From Massalongia carnosa (Eukaryota), in the NCBI GenBank assembly GCA_965645245.1, contig OZ287088.1:744001-808000 (forward strand): 64,000 nucleotides of DNA, given 5' to 3'. Positions 47,201-57,800 of the stretch are shown here, piece after piece. Both the position numbers and the translations under genes were made by a program. A model generated the notes under the pieces. That model was not told where the DNA came from. It did not search any database and saw only the letters and a list, made by a program, of their open reading frames with translations. Positions within the stretch are counted from its first letter, which is position 1; each line of letters starts with the position of its first letter.

Positions 47201-49664
47201 AAGCGTGATATTCCTTTGCGTTGTCCGTACGAATTAGACCTAGCTTCTCTCCAGTCTCGACTTCGAACTTCGCTTTATATCGTTGAAAGTTTTCTTTCAG
47301 GGTCAACCTCGATCCAAAATACACCTCAGATCGACGAGAAAAATCATCGACAAATGACAGGAAATATTGCGATCCTTGAAGATTCGCTACCTTGTACGGG
47401 CCCCAATAGTCCGAAAACGTACGTTCTCCTCGTCGCGTTGATTTCAATGGCGGCATTCGACTGATTACCTTCGTCATTTTGGTATATTTGCAGGTGACGC
47501 ACTTATCAGAATGAGCGGTTGCATCCACTCCTTTGATCGCACCCGTTCCGGTGGTCAATGATGGAAGTTTCTCTAGTCTTTTGAGACTGACATGCCCCAT
47601 TCGCGCATGCCATAACAAATAATCATCCCGAGCCGGGTTCGGTGAGTGTTTCTCCTTCGTTACCTCAGTAATCAGGGCCACATCCTCTCTGGCTGGCCTC
47701 AATAGGTACGACGATCCAGACAACACTCCGGTGGCCAATAAGGCCTCACCGCGGGTGATTTCGACTCCATTCAGGCCGAAGCGGACGGAAATTCCCTTCG
47801 CCTGAAGAGCTCGTATCGACAGTAGGTTGGTATCGAGTTCGGGGACAAATAACACTTCAGTCAGTCGTATCTTCTCCCCGTTTCTCATCCGTACAAGGAC
47901 GTCTCCTCTACCAATTGACAAAATGACCGTACCATCGGCCACCCTCACTGTCGTCCTAATCAGCATCATGCTGACGAATAACCCCCTATCAGGAGTCATG
48001 TGCCGACTCGCTCCGGAGTCAATAATCCATTCCTTCGATGGAGTGCCAGCCCCCGTTTGCGCAATCGCGCCAAATCGAGCGGCCTGGGCTTCAGATCCAG
48101 CCCCCATTCGTGCAGTCGCGGCCAGGGCATATTCCTCCTGGGCTTCGAATTGGGCGGCCTGAATATATTCTTCAGCGTCTTCAACAGCCATCCTGGCGTA
48201 CTCTGAAGCATCGCTGGCTTCGGATCGAGCGTCATCTTCATCCTCTCGGGTCAGTCGTGCCTCTTCCGACTTCTTCGGCTTTCGGCCCCGTCCCCCGTTC
48301 GATGATTTACCTCGGGTTTTATTCGACATATGATCAGTATTCTCACTCCCCTTTTGATGCTTCTGGCCCTCATCCGTTTTCAACCATAAGAAACAGCTGG
48401 TCTTTATATGCCCCACTTTGTCGCAATGGTAGCATTTTCCACTGAACTTTCGATCGGATGACGCCCTATTAGCAACTTCGTGAATGTTTACCTCATTGTC
48501 CTTGTTCTTCTGTTCAACTTCTTTGAACTTTTCGATGACCATCAACATGGTCAAATCGTCTTTCTCTTCCAACAGGGCTCGGGCCATTGCATACGCGCTG
48601 CCGTCCACCGAGTCTAGAAGGGTACGAGCTAGAAAGAAATCCGAAGGCTTTTCCTCAAGTCTGATTTCTCCTATGATTGAAGCTATCTTTCTAAGCTCCG
48701 ACGCGATCTGTTCCACCGTCTGTGAAGGTCCAGCTCGATACGCTGACAGTCTTCGCAGTAGGGGAACCAGCCGTGTTTTTCCTATGTCCTGATGAATTCG
48801 ATACAACGTGTCCCACTGCTCCTTGGCGGTGTCTAAGAGTACGATGTGCTGCAACTGCTCGTCGTCTACAGACGTCATGATGTAGGTCATAACCGTTGCA
48901 TTATCAAACTCCCAAGACGTCTGATCATTCGGTCTAGAATCGCTGGGGCGTGCTGTCTTACCGTCGACGATACCCCACAACTTCTTACCGATTAGATTAA
49001 GTCGCATGATCTTCATCCAGGTACGAAAGTTATCCTGTGTCAGTTTTGTCACCTTAATCTCACCTTTTAATCCCACACCAGCCTTATACTGGCCATCAAC
49101 ATTCTCACTCGTCGACTCTTCTTCCGGCCCTTTTCCGGACCCCAGCGGGGTGATCGACGTTGACGCAGCTGATGAAGACATTGGGACGAAACGAATTAGG
49201 GTGGAGTCGAATATCAATGGCTTCTTATTTCTCTAATAGCTGACCGGGCTCATAACCTGTTGAAACACCAGGCTATTGATCATGAAACGGAAGTAGGGCA
49301 AATAAGAAGCATACATGTCATTAAGGGTTATTATCTATGTGGGCTATCTACCTGCTTTTATAGCAGTCACACAGCAGTAATGCTGTAGGCTTCCCATAGC
49401 TGCCTGTTAGGCACCTCCATAGGTGCCTGGTAGACACCCGTGTGACTCACGATGGATGCCTATATTGATGGTAGCCTGACCATCTAACCAATGGTAGCCT
49501 CACCATCTAACAATATATTCCGTTTTGCCTCCCTTAGCTGGCAGATGGATGACATCTCGAATGATTAGTGATGTGTTGCCACGGCCGAAATAACCCTTAG
49601 TGCTTGATCCGCATTCGGTTAGTGCTCTTATTAATAAGCAGACATCTCGGCTCAATTCTCAACA
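44271..49664 (-). mobile_element. Ty1/Copia element 3, full-length, apparently intact
   Basis: 407-bp LTRs at 44271-44677 and 49258-49664 (1 difference), TSD GGGGT, PBS 49244-49257, PPT 44678-44687. Confidence 0.97.
44796..49181 (-). CDS. Copia-3 gag-pol polyprotein
   Basis: Uninterrupted ORF from first ATG 49181: CYHCDKVGHIKTSC, WIIDSGAS, WHARMGH, integrase, YVDD, FADSDYA. Confidence 0.95.
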   Translation of the reverse strand: MSSSAASTSITPLGSGKGPEEESTSENVDGQYKAGVGLKGEIKVTKLTQDNFRTWMKIMRLNLIGKKLWGIVDGKTARPSDSRPNDQTSWEFDNATVMTYIMTSVDDEQLQHIVLLDTAKEQWDTLYRIHQDIGKTRLVPLLRRLSAYRAGPSQTVEQIASELRKIASIIGEIRLEEKPSDFFLARTLLDSVDGSAYAMARALLEEKDDLTMLMVIEKFKEVEQKNKDNEVNIHEVANRASSDRKFSGKCYHCDKVGHIKTSCFLWLKTDEGQKHQKGSENTDHMSNKTRGKSSNGGRGRKPKKSEEARLTREDEDDARSEASDASEYARMAVEDAEEYIQAAQFEAQEEYALAATARMGAGSEAQAARFGAIAQTGAGTPSKEWIIDSGASRHMTPDRGLFVSMMLIRTTVRVADGTVILSIGRGDVLVRMRNGEKIRLTEVLFVPELDTNLLSIRALQAKGISVRFGLNGVEITRGEALLATGVLSGSSYLLRPAREDVALITEVTKEKHSPNPARDDYLLWHARMGHVSLKRLEKLPSLTTGTGAIKGVDATAHSDKCVTCKYTKMTKVISRMPPLKSTRRGERTFSDYWGPYKVANLQGSQYFLSFVDDFSRRSEVYFGSRLTLKENFQRYKAKFEVETGEKLGLIRTDNAKEYHALEKDLLKEGIQMEFTDPYTPEQNGVAERLNRTLMQMVRAMQLWAGLPREFWGEALMVANYLRNRLPTNTHGGKMTPYEAWYGRRPDLGHLRTYGCLVHARIPSERRDKMDVVSFQGVFVGYHSSKQYRIYNPKRKKIGWHSSLDFFEDWPWGPLLNVPTESGTWEIDTIDSDYEPDKYLDNQLITNEGGDKVIGDNGQNKNLSVGADPTSQIENPEEITSPVGADPASSNEGIPTIELNAQSNTGIPATIEGKSPRKRTPTTTAFTRSKRERKPYDKYAFDNNQALQTNDDHDPTSYSEAVNGKDWRKWKIAIKEELDALLSNGTFLVVNQPSNRDLITSKWVFKVKRHANGMIDRYKARLVARGFSQKYGIDYNETFAPTLRCETLRILFGIAAELDLEIQQADVSNAYLIGELTEEIYMEIPEGLEVKGHEKAILLKKGLYGLKQSGRIWNQRFKKFVISIGFNVIPADNCVFYHPVSKVIIAIYVDDILYFGQQNSDIKAVKILISEEFKVRNMGEPRSILGIRITRDRAKRTITMDQTAYIERFLRDYQMDQCRPVSTPIEGHLSSANEKDVRTNQLEYQRRIGSLMYAMTATRPDLAYCVGKLSQHSHDPTESHRSALDRVFRYLKATSKLGLIFDGSSEVIAFADSDYANEKADRKSTHGMVMKIFGGACIWRSAKQRSTSSSSTEAEYVSMCEAGKQLVWASRLMSQLHLRPNKAIDLKGDNQGCLALIKNPEHHSRTKHIDVQYHYIREIVDDGLIRISYVPTAEMLADIFTRPLPQASFERLRASLGMRIVS

Positions 49665-51329
49665 GGGGTTATTTGCCCTAGATGTAACGTTCGCAAACGA
49701 GAAGGATTGACTAGGCAATTCAATGTGATTGCCCTGATTATGTTGATCATTCTCTGCTTTTTGGGAGCTCTTTTTGACAAACTACTCAGTTATTCCATCT
49801 AGTATATAGGTGTCGGTGACCTTCTTAATGGCCATGAAAAACCGAATGTTTGACTGAATTTTCTGACGTATTTCATTGCGTACGGTTTTATCTTCCTTCC
49901 ATGCAGGGGGGCGAGCTGATTTGACGATATATGGGCATAGCCTAAACAGGTGTATTTTCCCACATACGCACTTTCTATCCTTGAATCTGGCCTCTTTTGA
50001 TTGGCCATTCCATTGACTTGATTGGCTAGGCCCCGGACCTTTATTTTCGTCTTGCAATTGCCCCTGCAGCGAGGCTGCATTAGCTTGATTTCTAGACGTT
50101 GATTGTGCCTCATTCAGGAATGATTCCACGGCTAAACGATATTCCCTGGTTGTATCGTAAAATTCAACCGTCGTCTTAGCAGCCCTATGTGCTGCATTAC
50201 CCAGTTTTCACAGAAATTGGGCGCCCATTTCTTCCCTGATTGGAGAAATTCATTGATGAATATGGTCTCGGAGCCAAATAGGCCCGTTACATTGAGCTCA
50301 ACAATTTGTCCCTTAATATTCTCCCAATCAGCTACCCATGCCTCTATTTTACCTTTAATGGGCGGGGTTTTTAGGGTTAGAAATTGCTCATGCAATTGCT
50401 CTATGACTTGGTCATCTGACCGCTTATATCTTGCAGCCAGAATTTTCACTATTTCCCTAACCGATGAAGCCATCTTATTGGGGGGGATGTATGCTCGTGC
50501 GGAGCTCTTTAGTGCATTGTCCACTATTCTGAGTCCTTGGGCGACCTTCTCCACCTGTTTTTCCTTCATCTTATAGGCTGATATCTCCATTTTATAGTCC
50601 TCCTTTTGCTCAGCCGATAAATCGCCGTATTTCTCAGCCGATTTCGTGGCTATTACAACTCCACCTTCTATAATGGGGTAAGCAATTCCACCTGCTGGCT
50701 GTGCTTGAATAGTGACTTGATATTGTGAAACTTCCGGATATTCTCCCTCTTCGGGCTCCGGTTTTGAACGATTGTGGTCCACATATTGCCATACCTTTAC
50801 TTTCTCGGATATTCCTTGTAATTCCCTAATCCATAGATGATAATTCTTGGGAGTTAGGGCGATTATCGTTGCTTTGTTGGTCTCCTCTATTTCGATCGTT
50901 TTGTTGGATCGTTTTGGGAAGAGGGTTTTATTCAACTAGATCAATGAGTAGGAATTGAAGCTTCTATGCTCTCCGGGCTCATAACTATCAAGCTGTATGG
51001 GCTAATGTGGAATATGGGTGAAAAGGAGTGGTGTGTATTGATCTATGGGAGGTCTAGGCTAGCTAACTGAGGGATATCTCATAGGGGTTCGTGGGTCATG
51101 TGACCCATGGCGGGTCATGTGACCCCTAATCGCCTGACACATTATATCGTTTTGAAAATGAGGTTGATGTGAAAAATAAGATGATAAATCAAATATGGAA
51201 AAGGGGCGGTGATGCAGCGCTAAATCCTTAGTGCCATTCTTAGCGCATCCAAGGACTTTTTGTGTCATCCTCCGTACTTGACCTTGTAGTCTAGACCTTG
51301 TGTCTGGAGGCAGGTCCGCAGTGTAGATA

Positions 51330-54300
51330 GAGATTCAGTCGGAGGTAACCTTCCGAGAAGACTCGGGACAGTCCCCCCACCGTCCCCCCAGCGAAAATCA
51401 TTCCAAATTAGGACTAGCTACAAGCCACCTTCCCATACTAAATATGTGCACGTCCACCGACTCTCCGCAAGCTTCCTCTAGCTGATTTAGCTTAGCCCCG
51501 CATTCTGAAAAATCCTCATCTACTACTACTCCTACCACTCATTGCGATGATCTCAATTCCGAAAATGCATCACTCAATTGCGAAACATCATCCTTTCTAG
51601 GCTTCATAGTCTTAGCAACCTTTCTTGCAGCTGCGTTTTTCCTCTCCTCAGCACTTGCTTGTTTGGCCGCTTGGTCGGCCCTCTGCTGAGACTCTAACTC
51701 TAACTGAGCCTTCGATTTTTTGGCTACCACACCCCGTGACCCTCGTGTTGTTGTTGCAGACGATGTGGATGGTAGCTGGCTAGCGCGGATGTTTTTTTGA
51801 CTGAGGCTATAAAGGGAAGGAGCTTTTGGAGAGGGAACCGTTTGGGAAAGAGACTTTTGGCTATGTTTCGCCAGCACTTCATCAATATCTTCAAATGAAA
51901 TCGGAAGAAGATGCCGGGGATGGAGGGATAAAATCATCATTCTCATTCAGAGAGAGTGGAGGATCGGGGGTAGGCTGAGTTGCTATATATTGCAGGTCAT
52001 CGTCGTCAGATACGATGATAGCATCTCCGGAATCTATACCGAATATTAGCCGCGCTACATCGATCGATTTGCTGATATCGTGGGTTTTATATCATCAATC
52101 ATACCCTTGTCTTCACCGCCTGCCCGCAATATATTGCAGGTCATCGTCGTCAGATACGATGATAGCATCTCCGGAATCTATACCGAATATTAGCCGCGCT
52201 ACATCGATCGATTTGCTGATATCATGGGTTTTTTATCATCAATCATACCCTTGTCTTCACCGCCTGCCCGCAATTCATCCTCATGCCTTCTTCTTCTCCC
52301 TTCTTCAATCGAGCCCTTACGTTTAGCACGTCGCTGCTTAGCTTCATCTGCCTCAGCTGGCTCACGGCCAGTGTAAGCCCGCCGGCGACTCCCACTCTTT
52401 TTATACATGAGGTTGTCCTTCGGTTGGATTTCGTCGGGGAAAGTTGTAGGGATAAGTGGCCTCGCCAGCTCCTTATCCTGCCATTTTTTATTGAAAATAG
52501 CAGTGAATTTGGCGAATTCACGAGCGTATCCCTCCCTTCTATGCACATTTTCTATTGATTTATGAAATCAATAGATTGATGTGCGGCCGCATGCACAAAT
52601 CAACACCCCCGCGCCGAAATCTATCCCCAGTATTATTGTCAACTGCCTTCTCGATCTCCTCTTCCGGCTCAGATTCTTGTCTTTGTTGAGCATTCCCCCC
52701 CTCATCCGCCTCCTCATCCTGCTCTTCTGTGGTCTTCCTGTGAGCTGCTCTCCGAAACATCTCAGCGAAATTTATGGTGGGGTCGAAAACTATTCTCCAC
52801 AAGACCACAAAAGGCGGGCCATCGAAAAACCAGCGGGATGAATGAGAGAGATAGGTATGGGGATAACATCAATGACGCAACGATACAACCAGCATCTGCA
52901 CGGAAGACCGTATCATGGAGGCAAATCACAATCATACATACAGTCCTCACCGGTTGGTTCGATTAATGCAGTCCCTTCAACTCCAAAAGAAACCTGTTGA
53001 TTGAAATCTTTGGCTAAAAGTTTAGCTGCATCCAACTCTCTAGATATGAGGTCAATAGCATGCTGAGTTATTAAACCTATAAGGTCTTTGAACGCACTTC
53101 TATCCATTAGCCGGGCGTTGTTGATTCGTTTATGATTGGATGATATTTCGTAGTCAACCTGAACCCTTTGCACTGTTTCGCATATTTTCCGCACCGTGTC
53201 CTTAATAGGTGTATGCCTATTTGTCACATTCTTTACCAAAGGATGCAACCCTTCCACCCTTTGTGTGCTATGTGCACCTAAATTAGGGAACTTTCTGGTG
53301 TATGCGGAAACAAACTGACACTGCTGACGTTGATAATAGCTAGTAAAATACTCCTGGAAATAGGAATGAGTTAGCCCTTATTAACGTTTTTTGATGGCTT
53401 CATACCTTTTCTGAAGCATGAAGCTTCAATATCAACGCGTTTCTCTTCTCATCCAGCTGTTCAACGGTAGGAGTTTTGATCCACTCCCATATCAATTCAT
53501 GCAGCTCTTTCCGTACTTCTAAAGGATATGAACCCGCCCTGATCAGGCGTTTCTTGATTGCCTCCGCTGCGTGCCACGTGCATAATTGCAACACACAATC
53601 AGGGTCGGTTTCGTGTATTGATTGGGCGACTTGCCATGCAACGGTCATTGCTGCATCCGGGTTTATTTCCTTAGCCCGTTTTTTATGCATCGCTGCAGTC
53701 AATCCAGCGGCGAAGTCTCCGAGGATGACCCTAGGACCAGGACATGTATCATGAAAAAAGAGATCTTTCATACAATCAAATAGAAACGTAAAGCACTCAG
53801 CCGATTCAGAAGTTATATAACAATAGGCCGCGGGGAAAGTCTGATTTGTGTTGGTGATGCCAACCAACACCGATAGAGGTAAGTTCAACTGATTTGTATT
53901 GAACGTAGCATCCGTTTCTATCAAAAATCCACTGACGAATCGTCTAGTCAGTCGGATCTGTTCAGCGTTACAGAAAAAGAAATGTTCAACAACACGTCTT
54001 CGGGGAGTATTGTTTTCAACGAGATATTTCTCCAAAGTCAGTACATGAAACCCTTCTTCTTCTAGAAATCCAAGTGCATAGGTCAACTCTTCTTCAGGTG
54101 TATGTTTGCCCTGGGATCGAGCCAGGTTGTAATAGTCCTTCTTCGAAAGGCGCAGGCCAGTCATTCCCAAAACGCGAGATACTTGACCGTATCTAGTTGA
54201 TGCATCACGGAGACTTCTTGCTTGATCTAGGGCAGTTGCTCGATCGAGGTCTTGGCTACGATGCTCTATGAAACCGAAAGGGGTCTGTAGCCATCTCGTG

Positions 54301-54801
54301 ATTGTGATCAGGATTGGTGACGATTAATCTCCACGATTCGTCTTTATCTTGCTTCAGTCTTAGTCGATATTTGCACTCGTTGAACGAGAATTTCGTGTTT
54401 TTTCGTACGCGGTCCTTCTCCTCTAGCTTTCTAGTGTTTCTTTCTCTTTTGTGATGACGGGTGCAATCTAGTATAACGAGATGATTCTTCTTATCATTAG
54501 TCTCTGTGACCAATGTAAAGCCTTGAGTAAAGGCATAATTCTGAAGGCGGGTTTTTCCCTCCTCCCAGGAGATAAAGATTTCACTCTCACTCGGAGGAAG
54601 ACGATGAGACGACGGTAAAATCGCTATAGCCCTTTGCAAACGTGTATCCAGGGACGTTGATGTGAGGGCCATAGCAAAGAAAAAGATAAGAAGTGCGGTC
54701 TACCTATCATAGTGATAATGGGGAGGTGGCTTGTAGCTAGTCCTAATTTGGAATGCTTTTCGCTGGGGGAAGGTGGGAGGGGACTGTCCCGAGTCTTCTC
54801 G
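51330..54801 (-). mobile_element. Mutator-like (MULE) DNA transposon with long TIRs; 5' TIR truncated
   Basis: 51354-51436 is the reverse complement of 54718-54801. Transposase from ATG 54672: FAR1-like CKYR..HNH, TDATFNTN, GDFAAGL, LCTWHA, STQRVEG. GT-AG intron ~53355-53405, frameshifts. Left edge approximate. Confidence 0.88.
51985..52272. repeat. Tandem duplication, 2 x 144 bp, inside MULE
   Basis: Units start at 51985 and 52129 (ATATATTGCAGGTCATCG..) and are near-identical. Confidence 0.95.
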
Positions 54802-57800
54802 CCTTGGGCGTACTCCGTCCGCAACAAACTGAAGACAGACGCACCCCTCTACGCCAATGAGAGCGAAAAGGTCGGTTACGCGCTGTCTCAAATGGAAGCG
54901 CCGATCTTCGGGGCTATGCACTCTTGGGTAGCGGATATGGGAGACTCACTATCGGCCGACGCTTAGTTCGAAGAGATAGAGCATTACATGGGCATTCACC
55001 TTCAGAGCCGCGACGCCAAGAAAGAGCTCCTTACCGTCATCATGAAAGGGGGCGAAAGCGTCAGCGAGTATTATCACTGGATCTTCAAGCTATGGCAGAA
55101 AGCCAAAACTCCCGTTGACGAGCGAATTGAGAAGTTCCTCGTGACGTTAAAGCCTAGCATCTCCAACTCTCTTATGGGTTCAGTCTTTACTGATTTCCGC
55201 CCTTTACTTGACGAAGCACGAAGAATCGAAGACCGCCGCAAAGATGTGGCGCACCAATTTCCTCGTCCCGATAAAGCAGCCGCAACGAAGAACTCCAGCC
55301 AACGAAGCAACTTCTCCGGCGGACAATCCTCAAACCAGTCCTCCGACGGGAAGTCCGCCTCATCCTTCATCAATCAAACCAGCTCCAAGAAATCTGAGGA
55401 TCGGCCGAATGCGAAGCTGATGCCAACGATAGTCAAACCGGCTGGTTGGGTAGGCACCTGGCAGGATCCACACCCAAGCCCAAGGAAGCTGAAGGATGAC
55501 GAGCGCGAGTCCCTCTCCCGTCAACGCCGATGCTGGGCATGCAGGGGATCAGGACATCGAGGAAACAATACCATTTATCCTCAATACAGGGACAAGAACT
55601 TGAGCACCATGAGGACAGTAGAAACAGATTCAGGAGCGGAATCTGAGGCGGGAAAAGCCTAGTCCTTGATCGAAATCGCGATCAAGGGCGTACAAACAAG
55701 GAGGTTGTTAATGGTAACGGTGACACTGAAACGAAATTGGTTAGGGTCTCTACTTGTGCTGTCCGCGATACTGAAAAGAAAATCGAGGGCAAGCATTTAG
55801 TTTTTAAGACTAGCATAGCTGGAATTAAAACCCGTTTACTTATCGATAATGGATGTGAAGCTGAACTCATTGACGAATCCTTTGTGCGTAAACACAAATT
55901 GAACACCTTCAAACTGGATAAGAAGGTGAAACTTACTTTGAGAAATGGAGAGGTGTTACAGCTCTTCTCGAAGGCCGCTTGATCGACATGAAAATCGGAG
56001 ATCACGAAGAGCATTTCTTATGTTATTTGGCAAAACTAGAAGCGTATGCAGTCATTTTAGGGGATGGATGGCTGCAAACGCACAACCCAATGATCAATTG
56101 GAAAGAGAGAACGATGAAGTTCAACTCATCAGATTGTCTTGAAAAAGGATGTCTTACACGAGGGATAACTTGTATCGAATTCGCTGTGGGAAGCAAGGTT
56201 AAGAATAGGATCGAGCCTAAGGAAGACATCGAAGTTCTTCCAGTCAACGCAAAACACTTCTTTCGAATGGCCGGAAAGAAGGATCACGACGGCTATCTAT
56301 GGATTCCTCGAGAAACAAAGAAGGCCTTCTGCGCAACTACCACCGGAGCAATGACATCAGGAGATTACGACAAGTTCATGAAGGGAAAACCGGAATACAC
56401 CCGAGAGTTGTTGAAGAGAGTCCTAGCAGCTTATCATAGCGTAATAGATGTTTTCATGAAGCACAAGGCAGATGAACTGCCTGAACATCGGAAGGAAGAT
56501 CATCAGATAAACCTCGAGGCAGGAAAAGAAGTTCCGTACGTAAGGAACTATAAACCCATGTCAGAACAATAATTGGAAGCGGTTAAGAAATACATTGACG
56601 AGCATCTGGGAAAGGGCTTCATTCGTCCAAGTTCTTGAAGCGCAGCAGCCCCCGTTCTTCTAGTTAGAAAACCAGGGGGTGGTCTAAGATTCTGCAAGGA
56701 TTATAGAGCCTCGAACTCCATCACGATCAAGAACAGATATCCAATACCGTTGATAAATGAAACATTGGGAAAACTATCACAGGCCAAGAAGTTCACGAAA
56801 CTCGATGTGATTACCGCGTTCAATCGTATGAGAATGAAAGAAGGTCACGAGTGGCTCACGGCTTTCAATCCTAGATATGGTCAGTTCGAATATCTGGTGA
56901 TGCCATTCGGCCTTTGCAACGCTCCAGGAATTTCATTAACGACACAGTCAGAGAATACTTAGACGTTTTCTACACGGCGTATTTAGACAACGTCCTAATT
57001 TACAGCGAAAACGAAGAAGAGCATTCCGAACAAGTGCTAAAAGTCCTAACTCGATTGAAAGAGAAAGGACTGCAAGTGGACAGAGACAAATGCGAATTCT
57101 CTGTGGCGGAGGTAAAGTATCTTGGATTGATAGTCACCGCCGATGGAATAAAAATGGACTCGGAGAAAATCGAGGCGATTCTGAAATGGGAGACCCCAGG
57201 CTCCGTAAAAGACGTGCAAGCATATTTAGGCTTTGCGAATTTTTATCGACGATTTATATCGAGATTTTCGCAATGGACGAGATCGTTAACAGAGTTAACA
57301 AAGGGCGAACAAATAACGACTAAATCAGGAAAGAAACGAACCAAGTATAATTCGTTCGTCTGATCTGAAGATTGTCAAAAGGCCTTCGAAGATTTAAAAA
57401 TTGCGTTCACCACCGCTCCCGTCTTAGCACATTACGATCCGCCCCTAACATGGGTCGAGACTGACTCTTCAGATTTCGTCAGCGCCGGAGTTCTCTCTCA
57501 AATGCACGATGGAGTACTGAAACCGGTAGCCTATTTTTCCAAGAAGATGACCCCTGCCGAGTGTAACTGTTGAGCTGAATGTATGATAACAATGAGCTCT
57601 ATGATGAATTTATATTTACGTCAAAAGAACATCTCTTGATAGTGAAATAGATGATTGATTTATTGATTGATTTATGATGAATCCTCTAAGCCTAAATTTA
57701 CAAGAAGAGAATTTTATATGAGCTTGTCTCGCTTGTTACATAATCTCTGCCGTTAGTCCGACAGTAACTATATGATTTATGATAAGGAACTCCTCGCTAT

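Larger units (their letters stand above)
40444..51139 (-). mobile_element. Ty1/Copia element 2, degenerate ORF, hosts Copia-3
   Basis: 154-bp LTRs at 40444-40597 and 50986-51139 (1 difference), TSD CATTA, PBS 50973-50985. ORF pieces 50935-49782 (gag) and 44265-40695 (PR, IN, RT YVDD, RH). Confidence 0.95.
39170..51274 (+). mobile_element. Tc1/mariner transposon B (DD34E-type), 5' end missing, 3' region split by Copia-2
   Basis: Decayed transposase ~39180-40400 (WSDETSV, QENRAPSH, WPGNSPDLNMIE). Sequence resumes at 51145 and ends ..TGTCATCCTCCG followed by TA. Confidence 0.8.
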
